Below, in pieces: positions 35,442 to 44,261 of a DNA stretch of 64,000 nucleotides. The translations under genes and the position numbers were made by a program. Positions within the stretch are counted from its first letter, which is position 1, and each line of letters opens with the position of its first letter. The notes beneath the pieces are model-generated. The model was given only the letters and a program-made list of their open reading frames with translations. It was not told where the DNA came from and made no database searches. Source of the DNA: Candidatus Latescibacterota bacterium (GTDB lineage: Bacteria > Latescibacterota > UBA2968 > UBA8231); NCBI GenBank assembly GCA_965242865.1, contig CBDETK010000013.1:736001-800000 (forward strand), read 5' to 3'.

Positions 35442-37873
35442 CGGCGAGCCAGCGCGAGGGGATAGATGGCTAGCGGCTCTAAGGCCGCGGCGTCTTCGCG
35501 CACCCAGTACACTCCATCGGACGGCACGTCGGTGAAAACTTGCACCGTGCCCGACGGCCAATGCAAAGTCAGTTCGTCGAGTCGCTCCGCGTTCCCCAGC
35601 CCGATTTCCTGTTGTAAGGTCGAAGCCCCAAAGCTCGCGCCCGTGCCGGCGAGGATGTGGATGGTGCGCGCCCCGGCGCGGGCTTGAATCCGCGTCCCGA
35701 TCCCGGCGCGATTCGACCGAGTGCCCTCCAGCTTGAGAGTGATATAGTGGTTGCCGTGCCCGGGGTTTTCAAAGAGCACATTGGTGTACACGTCCCCGGA
35801 ATAGGCCCCGCCGATCACGGCGTAGAGGTCTTGATCTCCGTCGTTGTCGAGATCGCCGAAGGCGACGCCGTGGCCCTTTTGCAGGTGCCCGAAGCCGCCG
35901 GACGTGGTCACGTCTTCAAAACGCTGCCCGCCGGCGTTGCGGAACATGCGGTTGGGCATGAGCGAGCGGTAGTCTGGGTCGCCGGTGCCCACGTAGAAAT
36001 CGAGCCAGCCATCGTTGTCGAGGTCGCCGAAGTTGCAGCCCATGGTGTAGAGCACTTTGTCGCTGTGGGTTGGTGCGGCTACATCGACAAAGGTGCCGTC
36101 GCCTTGGTTGCGGTAGAGGCGCGGCGGCTCGCCCTTGTGCGGCAGGCCGAGGTAATCGGCGGCCACATCGCCGGCGTCGGCCTTGTAGCCCGACGCGAAC
36201 AGGTCGAGCCAGCCATCGTTGTCGTAGTCCCAAAACCACACCGGAAAGCTGAACGTCGGTTGGCTCACCCCAGCGCGGGCGGTGATGTCGGAGAAACGCC
36301 AGCGGCCGTCGGCGTCCGGGCCGTCGTTGTGGAAGAGCAGGTTGGGCTGGCCGAGGCGGGAGATGTACAGGTCGGGCCGGCGGTCGTTGTCTATGTCGCC
36401 CCAAGCTACCCCTTTGACAAAACCCACCACATCGAGGCCGACGGCTGGGGCCACATCGACGAAGGTGCCGTCGCCTTGGTTGTGGAACAACTCGCAGGGA
36501 TGCCGCTGTTGGGCGGAGGACTCGTTGCCCACGAACAGGTCGAGCCAGCCGTCGTTGTCAAAGTCGGCCCAAGCCGCCGTCTGGGTGGGATGCAGCGTGA
36601 GCAGCCCGGCCGCTTGGGTCACGTCGGCAAAGGTGCCGTCGCCTTGGTTGTGCAACAGCGAGTTGGGATGAAGCCCGTCGGCCCCAAACCAGCCGCCGCG
36701 CAGGACGAGCACATCGGCAAAGCCATCGTTGTCAAAATCCGTCTGCACGGCGTTGAGCCCGCCGACTAGGCCGGTCAAGCCCGCCGCGACCGTGCGGTCG
36801 GCAAAGGTGCCGTCGCCTTGGTTGCGGAAGTAGCGCAGGGGATCGCTGAGGCCCCAAGAAGTGGCCATGATGTCGAGGAAGCCGTCGTTGTCAAAGTCTT
36901 CCATGATGCCGCCTCCGGCCAAGCCGAGGGCATTCAAGCCGAGGGCCGGGGCGCGGTCCGGGAAGCGGCCAATGTCGGCGTCCGAGGTAAAGACTGCTGG
37001 GGGAATGAGTTGGGCGGCGGGCACTGCGTGGGGATATTCGCCCACGGTCATGTAGGCGATATTGAGCAACCAGCGTGCGGTTAGGTCGTAGGGCTTTTTG
37101 GCCAACAGGGCGCGGTAATAGGCCATGGCCGTGCGCGATCCGGCTTGTATCTGGTGGACGCCCTCGGCCGCGATGGGCAGCAGGCAGGAGGCGAGGTTGT
37201 GGTGGTCGATACAGTTTTGCTGCTCTCCGAGCCGCAAATAGGCGAGGGCGATCATCTCGTCGAGGCTCGGTCGGGTGCGGAAGCGGTGGGCGTCGGCTTG
37301 GGCGCGCACCTGCTCAAACAGGGTAGCGGCCTCGGCGGACGCGCCAGCGCGCAACAGCTCTTTGGCCAGCTCGACCTGTTGGCTGAGTTGTTGCACTGGG
37401 TCGTCGGGTACAGGCTGGCGGCGCAGATAGTCAACTCGGCGCTGACTCAAATAGATGTTGTCTGCGGCATTGGCCTGCGCGGCTAGAGCGGCGAGTTGCT
37501 CGGCCATGCGCTGAGTGCCGGGCGCCTGATAGGGCTCGGGTGTGCAGCTCGCCAGCGCGAGGACCAAGACTAGGACACGACCCAGGCGTTCGCCGCCCCG
37601 GGATCGAGGGCATCTTGCCCTCGTCAAGGGCGGGACGCCCTCGATCCCAGGCGTTTGTCGCCGTTGAGTCGCTCGTCGCCTCGTCGAGGGCGGGACACCC
37701 TCGCTCCCGGCCGCTCGTCGCCTCGTCGAGGGCCTCCCGGACGTTCGCCACCGTTGAGCCGCTTGTAGCCTCGTTGAGGGTGGGACGCCCTCGCTCCCGG
37801 CCGCAGCCGGACCAGCCGAAAACGGGCGAGGACGCAGCCGGACCAGAAGAAAATGCCTCGCGTACTTAGACAC
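35438..37873 (-). CDS. CRTAC1-family lipoprotein (TPR-like + FG-GAP + ASPIC/UnbV); start uncertain because the N-terminus is repeat-derived
   Basis: LALAS-C lipobox; DFDNDGxLD repeats; GHLQKGHGVAFGDLDNDGDQD; SNRAGIG...QEIGLG...WPSG. Confidence 0.85.
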   Translation of the reverse strand: MSKYARHFLLVRLRPRPFSAGPAAAGSEGVPPSTRLQAAQRWRTSGRPSTRRRAAGSEGVPPSTRRRATQRRQTPGIEGVPPLTRARCPRSRGGERLGRVLVLVLALASCTPEPYQAPGTQRMAEQLAALAAQANAADNIYLSQRRVDYLRRQPVPDDPVQQLSQQVELAKELLRAGASAEAATLFEQVRAQADAHRFRTRPSLDEMIALAYLRLGEQQNCIDHHNLASCLLPIAAEGVHQIQAGSRTAMAYYRALLAKKPYDLTARWLLNIAYMTVGEYPHAVPAAQLIPPAVFTSDADIGRFPDRAPALGLNALGLAGGGIMEDFDNDGFLDIMATSWGLSDPLRYFRNQGDGTFADRTVAAGLTGLVGGLNAVQTDFDNDGFADVLVLRGGWFGADGLHPNSLLHNQGDGTFADVTQAAGLLTLHPTQTAAWADFDNDGWLDLFVGNESSAQQRHPCELFHNQGDGTFVDVAPAVGLDVVGFVKGVAWGDIDNDRRPDLYISRLGQPNLLFHNDGPDADGRWRFSDITARAGVSQPTFSFPVWFWDYDNDGWLDLFASGYKADAGDVAADYLGLPHKGEPPRLYRNQGDGTFVDVAAPTHSDKVLYTMGCNFGDLDNDGWLDFYVGTGDPDYRSLMPNRMFRNAGGQRFEDVTTSGGFGHLQKGHGVAFGDLDNDGDQDLYAVIGGAYSGDVYTNVLFENPGHGNHYITLKLEGTRSNRAGIGTRIQARAGARTIHILAGTGASFGASTLQQEIGLGNAERLDELTLHWPSGTVQVFTDVPSDGVYWVREDAAALEPLAIYPLALARR
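37600..37803. repeat. Cluster of REP-like palindromes (GAGGGCGGGACGCCCTCGCTCCC family)
   Basis: Inverted pair 37600-37648 plus copies at 37686-37710 and 37776-37800; translate as GSEGVPPST on the minus strand. Confidence 0.85.
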
Positions 37874-37894
37874 AGGGGTTCATTCCGTCGGCTT

Positions 37895-40783
37895 TTACTT
37901 TACCAAGGTCAAGTGCTTGGTGGCCGAATAGGCTCCGGCGTGTAAGCGGTAGAAATAGGTGCCGCTGGCGACTGCGCGACCGGCGTCGTCGCGGCCATCC
38001 CACTCGGAGCGGTAGCGGCCGGCCGCGAGATGGCCGGTGACCAAGGTGCGGACCTGTTGGCCGATTGCGTCGTAGATGGCCAATTCGACCGCGGCCGGGG
38101 CCGCTAGCTGGAAGGCGATCGTCGTGGTCGCATTGAAGGGGTTGGGGTAGTTCTGGGCGAGGGCCGAGGCGGCCGGGGGGACCGCTTTGGCCGCGCCCGC
38201 GTCGAGGTCGGCGATCCACGCCGCGATGAGCTCGGCCCCTTGCTCATCGACGACGGACGAGGCCAGCGGCGGCATGCGAAAGGTGCCCGACGTCAGCATC
38301 CGCAGGTAGAGCGTGGAACGCTGGGGTGCTCCCGGGGTGAGGATGCGGGCTTCTAACTCGCCCAAATCCCCGAGCGTGGGGAACGCCCCAACGGTATGGG
38401 TTGCGGCCAAGGGCGTGTCGTAGCGCAGGTCGATGATGGTGCGGCCCACGCTTTCGGGCCGGTGGCACGGGGCGCAGTTGACGTGCAGGTACGAGCGGGC
38501 GCGCAAGTCGAGCGGGACGCTGGGGTCAAAGGGGTTGGGCAGGCGGGGCACAGAGGACAGGTCCGCGGGCAGGTCTGCGGTGAAAAGGCCCTGTTGGGCG
38601 AGGGTGTGCAACTGGTCCGTGTGGAGTTGGGCCGTTTGGACGCCGAGGACTTGGCCCGCGCCTTTGGTGTGGCAGACCGCGCAGTCTTGGCGTGCGGGAA
38701 AGTAGTAATCCTGCAAGAAAAAGCCCACGGGATCTTGCGGGTCGTCGATTACGTAGGTAACGGTCGTGCTGTCGGCGAGCAATGAGGCGTCGGTGCCGGC
38801 TTCGTTCCACTGGTAGCTATATCCGTCCCAGCCAGCGCCGCGCTTTAGGAGGAAGCGCGTTTCGACAATGCGCCGGCTGGCTAGGTCGCCGCGCACCAAG
38901 TCGAGGTAAAAGTTCTTGATCAGGAGGGTTTGGTCGGGAAAGCGCCAAGGGCCGCGGCCGGCAAAGTCAATGCGCTCGCCGGGCGGCAGACGAATAAACC
39001 GCGTTTTGGTCGCCCCATCGGACCAAAACGGCGCGTTGACTTCGTACGGCACCACGCCGGCCGCCGGGGTTTGCGCGCCTAAATCGCTGAAAACCTGCGC
39101 GTCCGCCAAGCGCGGCGGCGGGAACTCCTCCGGCGGCAGGGTGATTTCCCACAACCCGCGCTCGCCGCCCCATTCAATTACATAGAGGCGATGGCCGATG
39201 ATTTCCGCGTCAATGGGGTTGGAAAACCCACCGACGAGGCGGGTGACGTGCGCTTGGTACTGGTCGCCGACTTTTTCTAAATCGAGATGCAGCAAGTCTT
39301 GGCTGGGATCGTTGAACGGGCCGTTGACGCTGTCGCCGTTGGGATCGCCCGGGGTCCAGCTAAGGACGAAGCCATCGCCGCGCAATGGTTCGGCTAGGGC
39401 TTGATCCGCGTCGAACACCAAGCCGAGCGGCGAGCGGTGGGCGGTAAAGGTGCCGAAGCGCACGCCCTCGTCGCTGGCGTCTTTGATGCGGCCATCGGCT
39501 GGGTCGCGGTACGCGTCCGCGTCCGGGCCGAGGTTGATCACCGGATCGGTAAAAGCGCGTGGCGGGGGTGGGTACGAGGGATCGTTGTGGTAGTAGCCTT
39601 CGCGCACGGCTGTGGAGCGGGGGGAGAGCAGCAAGTCGGTGGCTGGGTCGTAGTCGGGGAATTGCTGGGGGGTATCGTCGAGTCCCATGCGCCACGGGAA
39701 GCCGTAGTGATGCCTGGGGCGCAGCCAGTTGAGTTCCTCGGGCATGTCGCGGCCCGGCCCGTTTTCCGTGGCAAAGAGGTCGCCGTTGGGCGCGAACGCG
39801 AGGTCGTAGGCGTTGCGCAGCCCCTCGGCAAAGAGGAAGCCGCGGTCGAGCAGGGCATAGCGGTCGTTGGGCAGCACGAGGTCGCGGGCATCGGTGGGGA
39901 CGCGCAGGATTATCGCGGTGAGGGCGGTTTCGCGCAGGTCGGGGAAGGCCCCGTTGCCGTCTTGGATTTCGCCGTGGTCCGTGCGGGAGCCGCTGTTGAT
40001 GAACAGGGAGCGGTTGTCCGGGCTGACGACGAGTCCGTTGACCTCGTGGTTGTAGATGCAGTCGCACCGCTCGTAGGGCGCGGTTTCTGCGAGGGTGAAA
40101 AAGGTGCGCTCGCCACTGGTTGGATCGACCTCGCCCTTGGTGATGGTGGCGATGTTGTACATGGACAGGTCGATGCGCTTGAGGACGTAAAAAGTGCCGG
40201 CGTCGTCGATAAACAGCGCGCTGGGGCGGGTCAAGCCGTGATCGGCCGCTGTGTATATCGTGCCCGAAGGTACGAGGGTAATGTCGCCGTTGGCCTTGAG
40301 CGCGTAGCGGGTGTTGGTGGTGGGATCGCGGCCAAAAGCGTTCGCGGCGAGGATGGCGTCGATGGGGATGTCGGCGGGCAAATGGTCCGGGTCGAGCGGT
40401 TCCCATTGGCGGGCGTCGTCGTCGAGCAACACGCCGTGTGCGAGGGCAAATTGGCCGCTGTCGCGGGGGCCGTGGCGATTGGACGCCAAGTAAAACGAGC
40501 CGTCCGGGCCGATGGCAAAGCCGGTAAAGCCGCTGCCAATGCCGTGGTCGCGGTGGGAATAGGCTGGGACGCGCTCGGCCGCCGCTAGGTCAACGCGCTC
40601 GATCGCGCCGTCCTGCCGCAAGAGGTAAAGGACGTCAGTGCGGGGATCCTTGGCGATGCGGATGGTGCCTTGGGCGACGCCGAGGACGCGGCGGATTGCA
40701 AGGTCGTCGCGGGTAGCCTGCGGATCAGCGGCCGCGGCCGAGCAAAGGACGACGAGCGCGGCGAGGACCTTGGCAAAGCTCAT
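37895..40783 (-). CDS. Secreted glucose/sorbosone dehydrogenase-like beta-propeller + diheme cytochrome c domain + type A-like CTD
   Basis: FAEGLRNAYDLAF..NG.LFATENG...EELN..HYGFP, FTAHRSPLGL; YEVNAPFWSDGATKTR, CAVCH, CAPCH, RMPPL; ALAQNYPNPFN CTD. Confidence 0.8.
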   Translation of the reverse strand: MSFAKVLAALVVLCSAAAADPQATRDDLAIRRVLGVAQGTIRIAKDPRTDVLYLLRQDGAIERVDLAAAERVPAYSHRDHGIGSGFTGFAIGPDGSFYLASNRHGPRDSGQFALAHGVLLDDDARQWEPLDPDHLPADIPIDAILAANAFGRDPTTNTRYALKANGDITLVPSGTIYTAADHGLTRPSALFIDDAGTFYVLKRIDLSMYNIATITKGEVDPTSGERTFFTLAETAPYERCDCIYNHEVNGLVVSPDNRSLFINSGSRTDHGEIQDGNGAFPDLRETALTAIILRVPTDARDLVLPNDRYALLDRGFLFAEGLRNAYDLAFAPNGDLFATENGPGRDMPEELNWLRPRHHYGFPWRMGLDDTPQQFPDYDPATDLLLSPRSTAVREGYYHNDPSYPPPPRAFTDPVINLGPDADAYRDPADGRIKDASDEGVRFGTFTAHRSPLGLVFDADQALAEPLRGDGFVLSWTPGDPNGDSVNGPFNDPSQDLLHLDLEKVGDQYQAHVTRLVGGFSNPIDAEIIGHRLYVIEWGGERGLWEITLPPEEFPPPRLADAQVFSDLGAQTPAAGVVPYEVNAPFWSDGATKTRFIRLPPGERIDFAGRGPWRFPDQTLLIKNFYLDLVRGDLASRRIVETRFLLKRGAGWDGYSYQWNEAGTDASLLADSTTVTYVIDDPQDPVGFFLQDYYFPARQDCAVCHTKGAGQVLGVQTAQLHTDQLHTLAQQGLFTADLPADLSSVPRLPNPFDPSVPLDLRARSYLHVNCAPCHRPESVGRTIIDLRYDTPLAATHTVGAFPTLGDLGELEARILTPGAPQRSTLYLRMLTSGTFRMPPLASSVVDEQGAELIAAWIADLDAGAAKAVPPAASALAQNYPNPFNATTTIAFQLAAPAAVELAIYDAIGQQVRTLVTGHLAAGRYRSEWDGRDDAGRAVASGTYFYRLHAGAYSATKHLTLVK

Positions 40784-42753
40784 TTGAGCAGAATAAGCGG
40801 CCGAGTGGCGACAAAATCGCCGGCCGATAGCCGGTAGAGATACGCGCCGCTGGCTACCCGCTTGCCGCTATCGTCGCGGCCGTCCCATTGCCGGCGGTGC
40901 GGCCCGGCCGGCAGCGCGCCGCTGATTAGGGTGCGCACGCGCTGCCCGCTGACGCTGTAAATGGTCAACTCGACGTGGGATGGCCGCCCGAGTTGGAAGG
41001 CAATGGTGGTGCTGGGGTTAAAGGGATTGGGGAAGTTTTGCGCCAATGCAAACGCGGTGGGCGCAACGCCGGCGATCTCGACGACAGCGGTCTCGGCCGC
41101 TTGCGGCAGGGTGATTTCCCACAGCCCGCGCTTGCCGCCCCATTCGATCACATAGAGGCGATGGCCGATGATTTCCGCGTCAATGGGATTGGAAAATCCA
41201 CCGACGAGGCGGGTGACGTGCGCTTGGTACTGGTCGCCGACTTTTTCTAAGTCGAGGTGGAGTAGGTCTTCGCTGGGGTCGTTGAACGGGCCGTTGACGC
41301 TGTCGCCGTTGGGATCGCCCGAGGTCCAACTGAGGGTGAAGCCGTCGCCGCGCAACGGTTCGGCCAGAGCTTGATCTACATCGAACACCAAGCCGAGCGG
41401 CGAGCGGTGGGCGGTAAAGGTGCCGAAGCGCACGCCCTCGGCGCTGGCGTCTTTGATGCGGCCATCGGCGGGGTCGCGGTACGCGTCCGCGTCCGGTCCG
41501 AGGTTGATCACCGGGTCGGTAAAGGCGCGTGGCGGGGGCGGGTACGAGGGATCGTTGTGGTAGTAGCCTTCGCGCACGGCCGTGAACCCGGCCGGGAGGA
41601 GGGCGTCGGTGGCCGGGTCGTAGTCGGGGAATTGCTGGGGGGTGTCGTCGAGTCCCATGCGCCACGGGAAGCCGTAGTGATGCCCTTGGCGCAGCCAGTT
41701 GAGTTCCTCGGGCATGTCGCGATCCGGCCCGTTTTCCGTGGCAAAGAGGTCGCCGTTGGGCGCGAACGCGAGGTCGTAGGCGTTGCGTAGCCCCTCGGCA
41801 AAGAGGAAGCCGGCCGCGCGGAGGGCGACGCGGTCGTTGGGCAGCACGAGGTCGCGGGCATCGGTGGGGACGCGCAGGATTATCGCGGTGAGGGCGGTTT
41901 CGCGCAGCTCGGGGAAGGCCCCGTTGCCGTCTTGGATTTCGCCGTGGTCCGTGCGCGAGCCGCTGTTGATAAACAGGGAGCGGTTGTCTGGGCTGACGAC
42001 GAGCCCGTTGACATCGTGGTTAAAAATGCAGTCGCACCGCTCGTAGGGCGCGGTTTCTGCGAGGGTGAACCAAGTGTACTCGCCGCTGGTTGGATCGACC
42101 TCGCCCTTGGTGATGGTGGCGATGTTGTACTGGGATAGGTCGATGCGCTTGAGGACGTAAAAAGTGCCGTCGGCGTCGATAAACAGCGCGCTGGGGCGGC
42201 TGAAGCCGTGGTCGGCGGCCGTGTACACCGTGCCCTTGGGGACGAGGGTAATGTCGCCGTTGGTCTTGAGCGCGTAGCGGGTGTTGGTCGTGGGGTCGCG
42301 GCCGAGGCTGGTCGCGGCGAGGATGTCGTCGATGGGGACGTCGGCGGGCAGGTCGTCCGGGTCGAGCGATTCCCATTGGCGGGTGTCGTCGCCGAGCAAC
42401 ACGCCGCGTACGAGGGCAAATTGGTCGCTGTCGCGGGGGCCGCGGCGGTTGGACGCCAAGTAAAACGAGCCGTCCGGGCCGATGGCAAAGCCGGTGAAGC
42501 CGCTGCCAATGCCGTGATCGTCTCTGGAGTATGCGGGCGCGAGTTTGGCGGCTGCTAGGTCGATGCGGTCTATCGCGCCGTTTTGCCGCAAGGTATAGAG
42601 GGCGTTGGTGCGCGGGTCTTTGGCGATGCGAAGGGTGCCTTGAGGCAGGTTGAAGATGCGGCGGATTTCGAGGTCGTCGCGGGTGGGTTGCGGGTCGGCG
42701 TACGCGGTGGAGCAAAGGGCGGCGAGGGCAAAGGCGAGGGAACGGGTGAACAT
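40780..42753 (-). CDS. Tandem paralog: beta-propeller dehydrogenase-like protein + type A-like CTD, no cytochrome
   Basis: GAAAGGA RBS before ATG 42753; highly similar to the 37895 gene up to GLWEITLP, then directly FALAQNFPNPFNP. Confidence 0.8.
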   Translation of the reverse strand: MFTRSLAFALAALCSTAYADPQPTRDDLEIRRIFNLPQGTLRIAKDPRTNALYTLRQNGAIDRIDLAAAKLAPAYSRDDHGIGSGFTGFAIGPDGSFYLASNRRGPRDSDQFALVRGVLLGDDTRQWESLDPDDLPADVPIDDILAATSLGRDPTTNTRYALKTNGDITLVPKGTVYTAADHGFSRPSALFIDADGTFYVLKRIDLSQYNIATITKGEVDPTSGEYTWFTLAETAPYERCDCIFNHDVNGLVVSPDNRSLFINSGSRTDHGEIQDGNGAFPELRETALTAIILRVPTDARDLVLPNDRVALRAAGFLFAEGLRNAYDLAFAPNGDLFATENGPDRDMPEELNWLRQGHHYGFPWRMGLDDTPQQFPDYDPATDALLPAGFTAVREGYYHNDPSYPPPPRAFTDPVINLGPDADAYRDPADGRIKDASAEGVRFGTFTAHRSPLGLVFDVDQALAEPLRGDGFTLSWTSGDPNGDSVNGPFNDPSEDLLHLDLEKVGDQYQAHVTRLVGGFSNPIDAEIIGHRLYVIEWGGKRGLWEITLPQAAETAVVEIAGVAPTAFALAQNFPNPFNPSTTIAFQLGRPSHVELTIYSVSGQRVRTLISGALPAGPHRRQWDGRDDSGKRVASGAYLYRLSAGDFVATRPLILLK

Positions 42754-42781
42754 GGGGTCCTTTCGGGGAAGGTGAGGATGG

Positions 42782-42887
42782 CTAGCTAATCGGGCGTTCA
42801 CACCAGCGGGATGCGTCCGCCAGCTCTTGGGCGTGATGAAATTGTTCGGCGCGGAGATATGCTCTGAGGGAGGTTCGTGGGAACCAA
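42782..42887 (-). pseudogene. Internally deleted remnant of a paralog of 43324-43767
   Basis: First 12 codons (VPTNLPQSISP) match the intact start; in another frame HHAQELADASRWCERP matches the intact end HHTQDLTNASRWRERP. Confidence 0.75.
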
Positions 42888-42892
42888 CCGAT

Positions 42893-43327
42893 TTACTCCT
42901 GTCTTAGTTCATCCAAGGCGTCGCGCAGAAATGTATCCGGCAGTTGGTCCGTATGTGGATACCGCTTGCGCCGATGGTTGCCGTTCATGTTGACCGAGCA
43001 CAGGGCACCGCCATCCGATTCGCACAATAACATAACAGAACGCCGAAACCCACCGGGAACCGTGATCGCAATAACTCTCTCCGGCAGGAGTTCGACCAGA
43101 TATTGACGGGGCAATATGTCATAGATTGCTCGTAGCAGACGGTCTGCGTTGGCAATAGTCGATTCGGAAGGCCGCGCAATGCCTTTTTCGGCGGCCTCGT
43201 CGTTTATCTCGCTAAGATCGCGTAGGGCTTCGGCGAGCGGAGCGGGTACGTCTTCTTCCGTTGCGTTTTTAGAGAGGCTCGTTAAATCTTGGGTCATTTT
43301 AGAGAGGCTCGTTAAATCTTGGGTCAT
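42893..43327 (-). CDS. Hypothetical protein, putative antitoxin, copy 2
   Basis: Paralog of 43773-44207 at 880-bp offset; exact 30-bp tandem duplication at start (MTQDLTSLSK x2, 43268-43327). Confidence 0.7.
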   Translation of the reverse strand: MTQDLTSLSKMTQDLTSLSKNATEEDVPAPLAEALRDLSEINDEAAEKGIARPSESTIANADRLLRAIYDILPRQYLVELLPERVIAITVPGGFRRSVMLLCESDGGALCSVNMNGNHRRKRYPHTDQLPDTFLRDALDELRQE

Positions 43328-43767
43328 TGGTCAATGCTCGTGGAGGCCGGGCGTTCACGCCAGCGGGAAGCATTCGTCAGATCTTGGGTGTGATGTCTTT
43401 GTTTTTTCTGATCCTCCGCTGCGGAATCGGGTAGGATAATATCTGCATGGTATGGGTTGCCGGGTTGTGGAGTGGCAACCACCCGCCGCCCATTGCTTTC
43501 GGCGTCTTCAGCGGCAATGACGGCCCAGCCATAAAACTTACGGCCTCCACTACGGCCAACTGCTACCTTGTCGCCAAGCGTCGCCATCTGCTCAGGTTCC
43601 GCGAAATCAAGCCGGTCAACGGAGATAGTCACTTCCCCGCGCCGTTCGAGAAATACACGGAAGGGTGTTGTACCGCGCTCAGCTCGACGTGCCTGTGTGC
43701 TTGAAAATACGCCCCGTCCCAAAGTCTCGTTCGGAGATATGTTCTGAGGGAGGTTCGTGGGAACCAA
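43324..43767 (-). CDS. Hypothetical protein, putative ART/Tse2/RES-like fold toxin
   Basis: ETLGR, ISVDR, NPYHADI motifs giving an R-S-H pattern; tightly coupled to both neighbours. Confidence 0.55.
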   Translation of the reverse strand: MVPTNLPQNISPNETLGRGVFSSTQARRAERGTTPFRVFLERRGEVTISVDRLDFAEPEQMATLGDKVAVGRSGGRKFYGWAVIAAEDAESNGRRVVATPQPGNPYHADIILPDSAAEDQKKQRHHTQDLTNASRWRERPASTSIDQ

Positions 43768-43772
43768 CCGAT

Positions 43773-44207
43773 TTACTCCCGTCCTAGTTCACTCAAGGCT
43801 TCGCTCAGAAATGTATCCGGCAGTTGATCCGTGTGTCGATACTCCTTGTCCCGATATTTGCCGTTCATATTGACCGAGCACAGGGCACCACCGTCCGATT
43901 CGCAGAACAACATAACTGAACGCCGAAACCCACCGGGAATCGTGATCGCAATAACCCCCTCCGGCAGGAGTTCCACCAGATATTGACGGGGCAATATGTC
44001 ATAGGTTGCTCGTAGCAGACGATCCGCGTTGGCAATAGTCGATTCGGAAGGCCGCGCAATGCCTTCTTCGTCGGCTTCGTCGTTTATCTCGTTAAGATCG
44101 CGTAGGGCTTCGGCGAGCGGAGCGGGTACGTCTTCTTCTATTGCGTTTTCAAAGAGTGCGGCATCAAGAGACGCCCCAAACGTCCTGCTCGTTAAATCTT
44201 GGGTCAT
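43773..44207 (-). CDS. Hypothetical protein, putative antitoxin, copy 1
   Basis: GAAAGGAG RBS before ATG 44207; acidic helix then PS..TIANA..LL, P.G.IAI pattern. Confidence 0.7.
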   Translation of the reverse strand: MTQDLTSRTFGASLDAALFENAIEEDVPAPLAEALRDLNEINDEADEEGIARPSESTIANADRLLRATYDILPRQYLVELLPEGVIAITIPGGFRRSVMLFCESDGGALCSVNMNGKYRDKEYRHTDQLPDTFLSEALSELGRE

Positions 44208-44261
44208 AATGGCTCCTTTCACAGTTACTACGGGGGCCTTCGCTGTTTCACATACCCGTGC

